This document shows, in pieces, positions 55,078 through 64,000 of a stretch of DNA of 64,000 bases. This stretch comes from an uncultured virus (IMG/VR IMGVR_UViG_3300028394_000067) (taxonomy: Duplodnaviria > Heunggongvirae > Uroviricota > Caudoviricetes). The translations under genes and the position numbers were made by a program. Every line of letters starts with the position of its first letter. Positions within the stretch are counted from its first letter, which is position 1. The DNA lies in the IMG/VR virus record IMGVR_UViG_3300028394_000067. The stretch is one strand, 5' to 3'. Under the pieces are notes generated by a model. The model was given only the letters and a program-made list of their open reading frames with translations. It was not told the DNA's origin and ran no database searches.

Positions 55078-56193
55078 ATGTTTATCGATAATGATTTTCC
55101 GAAGATTCTTGGTGCCGAGCTGTACCGTCCTCACCCCGCATACATCGTTGAGATGGCTGCGGAGCCTGTGGTAGTACATGACTTCAGTAAGCAGCCAGGA
55201 CAGACTGTGCAGCTTGATCGTTACCGTTTCTTCGGTAACCCTGGCTCCAAAGAATCTCGCGAGCGCACTGCCGAGCAAACAATCGGTACTGCAAACAGCC
55301 GCAACATTGTGAAGGACAAGGTTCAGGTGACTCTTAAGGAGTACACCGGCCCTGCTGACCCTAGTGATCCAACTCAGCCAAGCACTTTCAAAATTGCTCG
55401 CGAGACTCTGATCACTGCCCAGCGTCTTTTGCTGGATACCGGCAGCCTCACAACTTTCCACCAATCCATTGGTAGCCTGACTTTGCTCGACGACTATCGT
55501 CGTTGGCGTGATCGGGTGTTCATCAATGAACTCCTTAAAGCAGTATCAAAGGGTCAGTCTTCTGACACCCAAGGTGGTTACTACTTCCCTGGCGATCTAG
55601 CCACTGGAAGTCTCACCTATACCAACGCCGAACAAGCCAAATTCGACGTTAAGGACGACCTTCTGCGCGTGGTGAAGAGCCTGCGTAAGAGGAACACTCC
55701 TACCTTCCAAGATGGTTTCTATCGCTGTGTTTGCGATCCTACCTTCTTGATGCACCTGCGTCAGAACAGTGACTTCCGTGAAGTTGCTCGTTACCCTGGC
55801 AACGGTCAAATCAACCCACTTATGTCCGGCATGCAGCCTAACGCTGCTCTGTACATGGGTCAGGGCTTCGGTCAAGCCACTTTCGTGGCTGGCGAACCGA
55901 TTATGCCCACGGGCTTTGTGTTTGAAGGTGTGCGCTTCTTCGAAAGCACCAACATGCCTACACAAACACAGGCTGCTACCATTGCATCCAGTTCACAGAG
56001 TTACAACTCTGCGATTGGTATCTTCTTTGGTCCGCAGTCCACTGGAGTTGGCATCGGCGGTAACAACGCCCAAGTGCTACTCAACAACAACGATGACTTC
56101 AGCCGTTTCATCATGATGATTTGGAGCCTGTACGCAGGTTTCGAACTTCTGAACGCTGACTTCGTCACCGTTGCCTACTCTTTCGACGCTTGA
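55078..56193 (+). CDS. Major capsid protein (HK97 fold)
   Basis: 371 aa; PGQTVQL, LKEY, GFYRCVCDP...L, GVRFFES; strong C-ending codon bias typical of a highly expressed gene. Confidence 0.8.
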   Translation: MFIDNDFPKILGAELYRPHPAYIVEMAAEPVVVHDFSKQPGQTVQLDRYRFFGNPGSKESRERTAEQTIGTANSRNIVKDKVQVTLKEYTGPADPSDPTQPSTFKIARETLITAQRLLLDTGSLTTFHQSIGSLTLLDDYRRWRDRVFINELLKAVSKGQSSDTQGGYYFPGDLATGSLTYTNAEQAKFDVKDDLLRVVKSLRKRNTPTFQDGFYRCVCDPTFLMHLRQNSDFREVARYPGNGQINPLMSGMQPNAALYMGQGFGQATFVAGEPIMPTGFVFEGVRFFESTNMPTQTQAATIASSSQSYNSAIGIFFGPQSTGVGIGGNNAQVLLNNNDDFSRFIMMIWSLYAGFELLNADFVTVAYSFDA

Positions 56194-56207
56194 GGAGGTA
56201 ACTAAAA

Positions 56208-57086
56208 ATGGCGATCGCTACTAACCAGCTCTCAGTTTCCAAGATTTATCCTGGTAACTACACAAACGTTCTTCGTTACTGGTACGAAGAAAAAACCGTT
56301 CAGTATAACAATGCGAACGGTGTTTCCACCACCTTAACCAACCAACCCGTGGGTGGTCCTGTTGGTGTTGTATTCCGCCCTGGTTGGATTGCTCAGCAAG
56401 CAGTTGGTTATGTTGACCTGAGCTACCAAGCTCTTGGTACAAACAATCAACTTGAGTACTACACCCTACCTTATGGTTCGGGTCAAAACGCTGCTCAGCA
56501 ACCCTTCCTCAACGCTAACGTTATCATTCCTTCTCCTGATTTCCATAAGGATATTCGGGCAGATATCACGAATGGCATTATCGTTCCTGCGTCTGGTTAC
56601 GTTTATCGTGCCTCCTTGCGCATTGACGGTGGTGATCTCGTTAGCTCCGGCGTTGCCGGTGGAAGTGCTTCCCCACAGGTTTCTCTGATCCCTGCTGTGG
56701 CTCAAGGTCTGCGTGACAACGGTACTGTTGTTTCTGGTCAGTTTGGTTGTTCCATTACGGGCGCCACTAGCCGGATTGTTAACGGAAGCTTTGCTTCTAC
56801 TAACATCTTCAACAGCAGCAGCTTGTCCGCTCTGGCTAACGCTACTACCTGGAAACTCTTCACCACTGCCAATCTTGGTGGTGCTGCTACTTCTGGTCTT
56901 GCTCAAGGTTCGGGTATTTACGATCCTCGCGCTGGTACTGGAAGGCTTTCAGGTGCAAACAAGGCTCTGGCAATCTGCGAAGTTTGCTGGATTCTTCCTG
57001 ACCAACCCCCCGAGCGTTCAGATCTTGCTCTGCAGCCCGGTGGTGTTATCGAGTCAAGTATATTTACTTCGACTTCACCTTCCTGA
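56208..57086 (+). CDS. Abundant virion protein (capsid decoration-like)
   Basis: Strong GGAGGT Shine-Dalgarno, high-expression codon bias, follows the MCP. Confidence 0.6.
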   Translation: MAIATNQLSVSKIYPGNYTNVLRYWYEEKTVQYNNANGVSTTLTNQPVGGPVGVVFRPGWIAQQAVGYVDLSYQALGTNNQLEYYTLPYGSGQNAAQQPFLNANVIIPSPDFHKDIRADITNGIIVPASGYVYRASLRIDGGDLVSSGVAGGSASPQVSLIPAVAQGLRDNGTVVSGQFGCSITGATSRIVNGSFASTNIFNSSSLSALANATTWKLFTTANLGGAATSGLAQGSGIYDPRAGTGRLSGANKALAICEVCWILPDQPPERSDLALQPGGVIESSIFTSTSPS

Positions 57087-57112
57087 TCTAATCAGTAAGG
57101 GTTCTTACAACT

Positions 57113-57136
57113 ACCCCTCCTTCGGGAGGGGTTTTT
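57113..57136 (+). terminator. Rho-independent terminator
   Basis: ACCCCTCC-TTCG-GGAGGGGT followed by a T-run. Confidence 0.9.
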
Positions 57137-57226
57137 GTTTTGGAATCAAATTATTAATAAAATTTTTAGCGTTTTTTAAATCGTTAACTGGCAAAGTATC
57201 AAGCATATGTTTCTTGCGTGGTCTTT

Positions 57227-57487
57227 ATGACTGACCGGAAGCTTTCAGAGTTTGGAATTAAACGAAAAGAGTGCCAAAAATGTGGCGCTACTTGGTTAAA
57301 TAACGTTCACTATTGGCGTACGGGGGCAAAAGGTAGCGAACTAGACCTTGCGGGCTTGGTTTGTAACCAAACTGACTCCTCTGAGTGCATAAATCCAGCT
57401 AAAGGACGTGTTGGAGGCGATACTTGGGAGAAACGAGCTGAATTTATTGAAAAATCTGCGCCAAAACTAAAAACTTGTGATCAATAA
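57227..57487 (+). CDS. Small Cys-rich cyanophage-type protein
   Basis: CQKCGATW...HYW.TG....DLAGLVCN...CINP. Confidence 0.7.
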   Translation: MTDRKLSEFGIKRKECQKCGATWLNNVHYWRTGAKGSELDLAGLVCNQTDSSECINPAKGRVGGDTWEKRAEFIEKSAPKLKTCDQ

Positions 57488-57527
57488 GCTTTGTTTTTGC
57501 GGTTGTTTAGCCTAAACTACTGTACAC

Positions 57528-57998
57528 ATGTTGACTCAGCCCATGACAGCCAGTGTTTATAGACCTAGTGGCGTAAAAATTGAGATACTTTCGACATATG
57601 ACGAGGGTGATTACTTTATGGTGCGTTCCAATACCACGGGTAAAGTTTTTTTTGCTCATAAAGACCAAGTTGGAGAACTTCTTGACGAAAATGAACCAAC
57701 TTTAAGTGCTAACCATGTAGGTACAAGGCGCAGCAGACGAAATGTGAAGTCAGAGGTTGAAAAAACTCCGATAATTAAACCTCTACCACCTGCGGACACT
57801 CGGATAAATTTAAATACTCTGACACCCGAAGGTCTTACGCAGTGCTTACCAGGCGTGGGACTAAAGACAGCTAAAGAAATTGTTGAACTACGTCAATCTT
57901 TACCTGGTGAAAAGTTCATAAAACTAGATCAACTTAACTCAATTAAACGAGTTGATTGGGATGAAGTGTTTGCTACCGGAAGTGTATACGTAGAATAG
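57528..57998 (+). CDS. Helix-hairpin-helix DNA-binding protein
   Basis: RINLNTLT...LPGVGLKTAKEIV..R. Confidence 0.75.
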   Translation: MLTQPMTASVYRPSGVKIEILSTYDEGDYFMVRSNTTGKVFFAHKDQVGELLDENEPTLSANHVGTRRSRRNVKSEVEKTPIIKPLPPADTRINLNTLTPEGLTQCLPGVGLKTAKEIVELRQSLPGEKFIKLDQLNSIKRVDWDEVFATGSVYVE

Positions 57999-58020
57999 AA
58001 GAACATAAGTTTTCGTATCC

Positions 58021-58641
58021 GTGGCCCAACTAACTACTTTTGAACTTGAGCAAATTCAATCGTATTTAGCTCAACAAGGGGTTGTTTTTCAGGCAACAAC
58101 GACTGATGCTACCAAGAGAGAAGTCGTCTATGCCGCAGTTAATCAATTAACTAGAAATCCTGCTCAGGTTTTTGGTTATGCCCTTGACGATTTTAACTTT
58201 AGCCGTGTTGCTTATCACTTAGCCTTTAACATCGCAACTGTTCCGGCGGGTGACTATGCTCGTTTGCTCGAAGCTTGTAATAGTATCCCTAGTGAGTTTT
58301 ATTACGACAAGATAATTCAGCAAATTGAGCGCTGTGAGGAAGCTGAGCGTCTTACTGAGCTTGCTACCGGTAGAGCTACAAGTCGTCAAGAAACAATTCT
58401 TGGTGACGTTTCACGTTCCATTAATATTCAAGATAAACGTGAAACAGCTCGCATATGGAGGGAAAACTATTTGTATGAGTGCGATAGGTTAGCGCAGCAG
58501 CTTTATGTGCCTAACTATCGAGACCCTGTGGCCGCGAGATATCGCTTTGAACGATCAGGTGGAGAGTTTATTCAAGCAATACCTGGACCACCTGATATTT
58601 CACGAGCAGACAGACTCTATTTTTACGCAAATTGGCGGTAG
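58021..58641 (+). CDS. Putative head-tail adaptor / virion protein
   Basis: 206 aa; positional inference. Confidence 0.5.
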   Translation: MAQLTTFELEQIQSYLAQQGVVFQATTTDATKREVVYAAVNQLTRNPAQVFGYALDDFNFSRVAYHLAFNIATVPAGDYARLLEACNSIPSEFYYDKIIQQIERCEEAERLTELATGRATSRQETILGDVSRSINIQDKRETARIWRENYLYECDRLAQQLYVPNYRDPVAARYRFERSGGEFIQAIPGPPDISRADRLYFYANWR

Positions 58642-58672
58642 ACTTACTTTATTAGCGACCGATTTGTAGCAC

Positions 58673-60703
58673 ATGAGCATACTAAGAGGACTCACGGATC
58701 TTGTACTTCAAGGTGGTTCGGCTGGTGCCAAAAAATTACTCAATGAGCTTCAATATGGGGTTAAGCCAGCTCGTGAATTTGTTGAACGTGCACAAGATAC
58801 AATTACTGATTCACAAACTTATAAAGGATTAGCAAGAGAAGCTGAAAGAGTCTTAGGGAGACCTCTTCCTCCTCAGTTTTCAGGAGCTAAATTTGGTAAT
58901 ATTCCTGCCCGTGCCACGGGTTTGGTCAGCGACCTTACTGAGAAAACAAACCGTCAACGAGCGGTTGAAGCTGGAATGGTAAATAGAGTCATTCGAGAAA
59001 TGGCTGGAGAAGTTCCAAATCGTCCTCCAATTACTGCGCAAACTGCTGGCGGTGCACTTAGAGCACCTGGTGTTGGACGAACGGTAACAAGGCAAGACCC
59101 ACGATTAATACCTGAGTCAGTCCCAACTGGTGATCCTTATGCACGAGATTATGAATTAACTAGACAGTTAATGCAAGACAAAGGAGGGGGAAGCATGATG
59201 CGTGTTGCAGAACGACTCGCGGCTGATGCTCTACCTAATACTCGTGTAGCTCTACCTGTATCAGCAGATCGAGAACTTGCAGATAGGTTAATGCGAGGGG
59301 AAATTTCAGTTCCTCCCGAGGATGCGGCAGCTCTCTTTAATAGGTTGCGTGGACAAGCTCCTTCACCTAGAGATATTCCTACTTCTGTTCCCGAATATTT
59401 ACAAGGTACATTTCTTAAACCAGGTCCGGGTGAGGTAAAAGGTTATGGAATGCCTTTAAGGTACCCTGCAGGTACTCAAGCTGTTGGAGGAGGAAAACTT
59501 GGTAACACTACATACGGTGAGGGCGTTGAAGCTAATATTGGTGCTTTTCTAGGTCCTGTTCCTCCTCCAAATAGACTTAATGTCATGGAGGCCATTGAAC
59601 AAGGTATTCCTCTTACTCCCCGAGCACCTGGCGGTGAAGTTCGCGGAGGATCTTTTTTTACTGAACCTGATCCTTTTACCGGTCGCATTGAAATAGATCC
59701 ACGTATCAATCCTTATCCTACAAGTCGAGTTGTTTTAGACACGGCTGGTAATGTTGTTGGTGATGCGGTTGAAGCTGTAGTTGATCCTGTTACACAAGCT
59801 ACACGTAATGCCTCAGGAGGCATTCAAATGAGTGATTTAAACACACTTATAGACGTATTACGTAATAATCCTATTAGAAGTGTCGGCGCTCTTGGAGGCG
59901 CTGGTCTAGCTGGCTTTGGGTTAAGTAGTGTCATAGTAAACATGAGGCGCGGAGATGAAGGCTCGGCTCCTCTTGATCTACAAGGTGAAACAAGGACTCC
60001 TCCTGGAGAGCCCGTGGTTACTCCTACCGGAATTAATCAACCAGAACAAACCCCTGTGTTATTTGCTGATAATGACGGCACTCCCTTAGGTTCCGTAGGT
60101 TATCTTGAACAAAATCAACCTATGCCTCGTCGACCAGATCCAACTGCCCCAGCACCTGTAATTACTCGAGGTGGAGATCGCAAAAGTGAGATGCGTGAGC
60201 AGTTAGCTCAGTATTCACCTCGCGCCGCCGCTGTAGATAGAGCTATGGAACCCCGTAGCCCTGAGAGGTATAAAAGTGCAGAGGATTATTACGCTGCGAG
60301 AGCTGCCTATGCGAATCAAGCTCCTGTAAGGCAATCGTTGATGAAGTATGCAGAAGGAACAGGTTCTAGTCCTGCTGAATCAACTGCCTTGCGGACGTGG
60401 GCTCAAAGCTACCCTGCTCTAGCTTACGAAATGCAGCGTCGCAGCATGGTTAACCCTGAAGCTAACCAACAAACTCAACAGTCCGTAACGACTACGACCA
60501 TTACAACTCCAATGGGGACAAACAATCAGGCTAATGCCATTGGAAACGCAGAAGCCACTGCTCAAAGTGCAGTAGCTCCAACTCAGGGAAGTTTCGACTT
60601 ACGTAGTGCCACCACACCTATGGAACAACCTGTACTTACTCCTGCTGAAGAGTTCTTGCAGCGCTTAAGTGTTCCTCAGCGTGATCAGATGATGTATTAC
60701 TGA
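58673..60703 (+). CDS. Large putative internal virion protein
   Basis: 676 aa, low complexity, with one Gly-rich hydrophobic segment. Confidence 0.6.
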   Translation: MSILRGLTDLVLQGGSAGAKKLLNELQYGVKPAREFVERAQDTITDSQTYKGLAREAERVLGRPLPPQFSGAKFGNIPARATGLVSDLTEKTNRQRAVEAGMVNRVIREMAGEVPNRPPITAQTAGGALRAPGVGRTVTRQDPRLIPESVPTGDPYARDYELTRQLMQDKGGGSMMRVAERLAADALPNTRVALPVSADRELADRLMRGEISVPPEDAAALFNRLRGQAPSPRDIPTSVPEYLQGTFLKPGPGEVKGYGMPLRYPAGTQAVGGGKLGNTTYGEGVEANIGAFLGPVPPPNRLNVMEAIEQGIPLTPRAPGGEVRGGSFFTEPDPFTGRIEIDPRINPYPTSRVVLDTAGNVVGDAVEAVVDPVTQATRNASGGIQMSDLNTLIDVLRNNPIRSVGALGGAGLAGFGLSSVIVNMRRGDEGSAPLDLQGETRTPPGEPVVTPTGINQPEQTPVLFADNDGTPLGSVGYLEQNQPMPRRPDPTAPAPVITRGGDRKSEMREQLAQYSPRAAAVDRAMEPRSPERYKSAEDYYAARAAYANQAPVRQSLMKYAEGTGSSPAESTALRTWAQSYPALAYEMQRRSMVNPEANQQTQQSVTTTTITTPMGTNNQANAIGNAEATAQSAVAPTQGSFDLRSATTPMEQPVLTPAEEFLQRLSVPQRDQMMYY

Positions 60704-60738
60704 TAACGAGTTAAAATGTTGTTCTCGGAGGTTATCTA

Positions 60739-61347
60739 ATGAGCTACTCTTTCTCCCCTAGTTATGGTTTTGATACTGCTTATAACAGGCCCTTACAGGG
60801 CAATATAAATGACTATACCGGCAAACGTTTTATCAATCCTCCTCTTGGTTATACAACTGACGTTTTCCGAGACGTAGAGCTCCCGGTTCCTGGCTCGGAA
60901 TTTGGAGTTGCTAGACGTGATGAGTCTGGTTTATTTAATTTTGTAGATAAACTTGGAAACATAGCTCCAGGTGTAGCAAATGCTTACAGGGCTATGAGGG
61001 GTTTTCCTGCTAATCCTGCTTTTGAACCACAAGGTACTCGTTATGCAGGGGATCGATTAGGTCGTGTAATAGCTGATCGTGAAAATCGCCGTCGAAATCA
61101 ACCTATGCGAGAACTACCAGGAGCAAGAGACGTAGCACAGGCCGTGGCGGGGTCAGATTTTTCTCCCTTTAACACTGCTATTCTTCGTGAGGCAATTGCA
61201 TCACCCACTGCTTTGCAACGGCTGTTTACTGGCGGGGTTGCCTCTACAATAGATCCAGTTCGTACCAGTGTGGCTTTAGCTGGGTCAGAGGACCTGTCTC
61301 AGACCGCTGCACTTCCGGCTGATTACTACTCTTCTCTTGTTTCCTAG
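60739..61347 (+). CDS. Hypothetical protein
   Basis: 202 aa; GGAGG Shine-Dalgarno; contains TRYAGDRLG. Confidence 0.65.
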   Translation: MSYSFSPSYGFDTAYNRPLQGNINDYTGKRFINPPLGYTTDVFRDVELPVPGSEFGVARRDESGLFNFVDKLGNIAPGVANAYRAMRGFPANPAFEPQGTRYAGDRLGRVIADRENRRRNQPMRELPGARDVAQAVAGSDFSPFNTAILREAIASPTALQRLFTGGVASTIDPVRTSVALAGSEDLSQTAALPADYYSSLVS

Positions 61348-61357
61348 GATCTAAATC

Positions 61358-61915
61358 ATGAGCTCTACAAGCACCAACAAACAACCTTTAATGGTTGATA
61401 GGCCTTTTCTTAGAGGCGCCAAAGTTAATAACGGAACTACTGTTGTAACTAATACAAGTAGTCCTGATTTTGGTGACTTAATTCAATTGGTTCGCGTTGG
61501 AGATCTTCCCTCAGAGGACGGAGCTCTTGTAGAGGATATTTTTGTCGTATCAAATGAAGGCTACCCAAATAGAGGTGGTGTTCGATCTGCAGCTTTTGGT
61601 GTTTATATCTATGCACCTAACCAAGCTGCTCCTTCTACCTCAGCTTCTCTTTTGATAAGTAAGTTTGAAGTTGGTCTATCCGGCGACACAGAAGGTTTGA
61701 TTCAACGTGTAGAACTCCCCGCAACCGTTGCCCCCACACCTCAAACTGGGGACACTAACTTAGTCCGCCCGATTGAAATTGGTAAGTCTGAAGCTTTGTA
61801 TTTAGAGAAAGGATATATTTTGTGTGTAGGTTACTTAGGTAACGGACCCGCCGCTGTCTCCGGTGGCTTAAGTGCGTCAGGTCTCTCGATTTTTGCGCAA
61901 GGCGGTTTCTATTGA
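61358..61915 (+). CDS. Putative tail/virion structural protein
   Basis: MSSTSTNKQPLMVDRP...AQGGFY; beta-rich. Confidence 0.6.
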   Translation: MSSTSTNKQPLMVDRPFLRGAKVNNGTTVVTNTSSPDFGDLIQLVRVGDLPSEDGALVEDIFVVSNEGYPNRGGVRSAAFGVYIYAPNQAAPSTSASLLISKFEVGLSGDTEGLIQRVELPATVAPTPQTGDTNLVRPIEIGKSEALYLEKGYILCVGYLGNGPAAVSGGLSASGLSIFAQGGFY

Positions 61916-61918
61916 TCC

Positions 61919-63457
61919 GTGGCTCGTAAAAAGGGCTCTGATGATTTTTTGCCTAATGGTCCAAGACCACTTGGTTCTTTTAAACCTATTTCAAATATTA
62001 TTGGATCTGATAAAAAATCTCAGCTCTTACGTCCGTTACCTTTTAAGCGTAGATTTAGACCAGCAATCAATACAAAAGATTTTAGTGTCGTAAGTGAATA
62101 CAATTATGCTTCTCTCTGGTCACGTTGGCGCCGTGGTTATGAACTTAGCATGTACGCACAAGGAGCGTACAGTGGTTTAATTTATTCGTCTTTTAAATAT
62201 TACGTCTCAGGCACTGCCGGTGTAGGTGGGTATATACCTGGCTTGTTCTTTGTATATCCGACACTCAGAAGCGATATGCGTATGCACATGGTCGGTATTC
62301 GTCCACGAGATACTTTTAACTTCTTGGATTTTGGTATTTCAATTCAATCTGTAACTCAATATGATGAAACGACTTACGCCGTAGTCCTAAGTCAACGATT
62401 TGGCTCTCCTATTTCGTATTTTACCGGAGAGGTGTTGTCGAACAGGTTTAATTCTGACGGTACGGAAAAACAATTTGGATATAGTAACTACACAGTTACA
62501 GCTGTAGGTTTAAACGGTGTTATTTTAGAACCATCAATAAACCCAGACTTCAATACATTATTTTTATCGTTTGCAGCTGATAAAAGTTGGTCCGTGGTTA
62601 ATTCCACGACCATTGTTGTACCTGCTACAGGTCCTCCATTAGTTGGTGAATTTCTTACAACAGAAATAAGAGTTCAGTGCTCTTGTCAAGATTTTTTAAA
62701 CAGAGAAGGTTTTAATTTTTATAATCTCTCAGTTAAACAACGGTATCCCTATACAAGTATATTAAACGTCGATCCTGGTTTTTTCGATGGAGGTCCTAGT
62801 GCTTCTGGTCGAGTAAGTCCATCTAATGACTATCCTGGGTACGCTAGAACCTTTGGTTTTATTTATCTAAACAAAATCTACACTATACCTTCGTACGAAG
62901 ACGCAGCCGTCTATTCAGATCCCTCTCTATTTTATTTTCAACCTAAATGGTGTAAACATATTTATGCTGCTTTTTGGGACATGCAACGTAAGTTTAGATT
63001 GTTTAATGTCACAACTTCAAGATTACCTCAACCAAATGATGAGCCTTTGGATGAATATTATCGTGAGAAATTTGAAGTTGATTTAGCAAAACAAAATAGT
63101 TTTCTAAGACGAGAGGAAGATCTTGTTTGGTGGTCTCGCTACAGTCCTTCTCTTGGAGGGTTACCTAAGCATTTACTTTACGCTGATAAGTATAATATGA
63201 TTGCAAAAACACTAAATTTTGGACAGCTAGACGACTTAACAGAACTTCAGGATACAAATTTTCAACTGTTTACAATAAATGATTTCAATCCTTTAAATCC
63301 TGCTGCTTTGCCTCAAGAAACTTATGATGGTGGAACTTACTCTGATGGTGTTGTTATCACAAGCTCTTCTAATATTTTAGACGGAGGTCAGTATACTAAT
63401 GGTGAACTTGTGCCTCCGAGCTATCCTCCTACATTTATAAACGGAGGAACCTACTAA
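61919..63457 (+). CDS. Hypothetical protein with split SWIM-type zinc finger
   Basis: VQCSCQDF and WCKHIYA separated by about 85 aa; C-terminal DGG.Y repeats. Confidence 0.65.
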   Translation: MARKKGSDDFLPNGPRPLGSFKPISNIIGSDKKSQLLRPLPFKRRFRPAINTKDFSVVSEYNYASLWSRWRRGYELSMYAQGAYSGLIYSSFKYYVSGTAGVGGYIPGLFFVYPTLRSDMRMHMVGIRPRDTFNFLDFGISIQSVTQYDETTYAVVLSQRFGSPISYFTGEVLSNRFNSDGTEKQFGYSNYTVTAVGLNGVILEPSINPDFNTLFLSFAADKSWSVVNSTTIVVPATGPPLVGEFLTTEIRVQCSCQDFLNREGFNFYNLSVKQRYPYTSILNVDPGFFDGGPSASGRVSPSNDYPGYARTFGFIYLNKIYTIPSYEDAAVYSDPSLFYFQPKWCKHIYAAFWDMQRKFRLFNVTTSRLPQPNDEPLDEYYREKFEVDLAKQNSFLRREEDLVWWSRYSPSLGGLPKHLLYADKYNMIAKTLNFGQLDDLTELQDTNFQLFTINDFNPLNPAALPQETYDGGTYSDGVVITSSSNILDGGQYTNGELVPPSYPPTFINGGTY

Positions 63458-63458
63458 C

Positions 63459-64000
63459 ATGACTTCAACACCAGTTACTTCTTTACTTAAAAGAACCGGT
63501 AACGCATCCGATAGACCGAGTGGCAACATCATTGTTAATGGTGAGCTTGCTTTGAGTTTTGGTGCGGCAGACCCTGGAGTTTATTTCGAAGATTCTGCTG
63601 GCAGCATACGAAAAATCGGTCCCACCGCTTACGGCACTGTAGCTCCTAACGCTGTACCCGTGGGTTTGGCGGGTAACTCCTTAGGGGAGTTGTGGACAGA
63701 CTCCAACACGACTACGTATTATTTAAAAGTATGGAATGGCACAGCTTGGCAAAAAGTCGGTGCGGCTTTTGCTGATGTAGCTGGAAGTGCAAATGTCACT
63801 ATTGCTTCTGGTGCTATCTTTGCAAACTCGGCTCTTGTGGCATCAGGTTCGTTTGGATCGATCCTTGCCTCTGGGGCCTTAGGTGCAATTCTTGCTTCTG
63901 GTTCTCGTGGTGCACTGCTGGCTTCTGGAGTCGTTACCGCAACCGGTGTATCTTGTTCCGATATTTATACAGGATCTTTGACTGGAACTGGGCCCTCTGG
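63459..64000 (+). CDS. Tail fibre protein (3' partial; not in ORF track)
   Basis: MTSTPVTSLLKRTGNASDRP...GELALS...PGVYFEDSAG...KIG, GELW.D, LKVWNGTAW; then LASG repeats; open to the end of the window. Confidence 0.75.
   Translation, partial: MTSTPVTSLLKRTGNASDRPSGNIIVNGELALSFGAADPGVYFEDSAGSIRKIGPTAYGTVAPNAVPVGLAGNSLGELWTDSNTTTYYLKVWNGTAWQKVGAAFADVAGSANVTIASGAIFANSALVASGSFGSILASGALGAILASGSRGALLASGVVTATGVSCSDIYTGSLTGTGPS

Noticed and set aside
55072..57234. Long antisense and alternative-frame ORFs over the capsid genes
   Set aside because: Expected by-product of strong codon bias in highly expressed genes; no motifs.
57528..57998. Photosystem II PsbU auxiliary gene
   Set aside because: Only the generic HhH motif is shared; there is no signal peptide and the N-terminus is unrelated.

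Overview
The window is a segment of a tailed dsDNA bacteriophage genome. The host is probably a picocyanobacterium (Synechococcus/Cyanobium-like), inferred from a Ycf52-like GNAT and typical cyanophage small genes. No integrase, tRNA, CRISPR array or reverse transcriptase is visible. Layout: (1-3.3 kb) end of a tail-fibre gene, a GIY-YIG-type endonuclease and a mosaic of small genes whose borders carry a TAGT-N7-ACT motif; (3.3-9 kb) mixed late genes, a lysozyme/C39 endolysin and thyX; (9-31.5 kb, minus strand) primase-helicase, exonuclease, an apparently inactive methyltransferase, SSB, family A DNA polymerase, a RavA/ViaA-like MoxR-vWA pair and many small early genes; (31.6-32.8 kb) a non-coding control region with a candidate ~540-nt highly structured RNA, two sigma70-type promoters, 21-bp repeats and an AT-rich core flanked by inverted repeats; (33-64 kb, mostly plus strand) GNAT, glycan-modifying enzymes interleaved with terminase, portal, scaffold (overlapping the portal by ~500 nt), major capsid and other virion genes, ending in a partial tail-fibre gene. 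The strongest novelty candidates are the large structured ncRNA, the TAGT-N7-ACT gene-boundary sites, the glycan enzymes in the head module and a short AGxRLG-type peptide motif shared by unrelated ORFs. All calls come from reading motifs by eye; no database searches were run.
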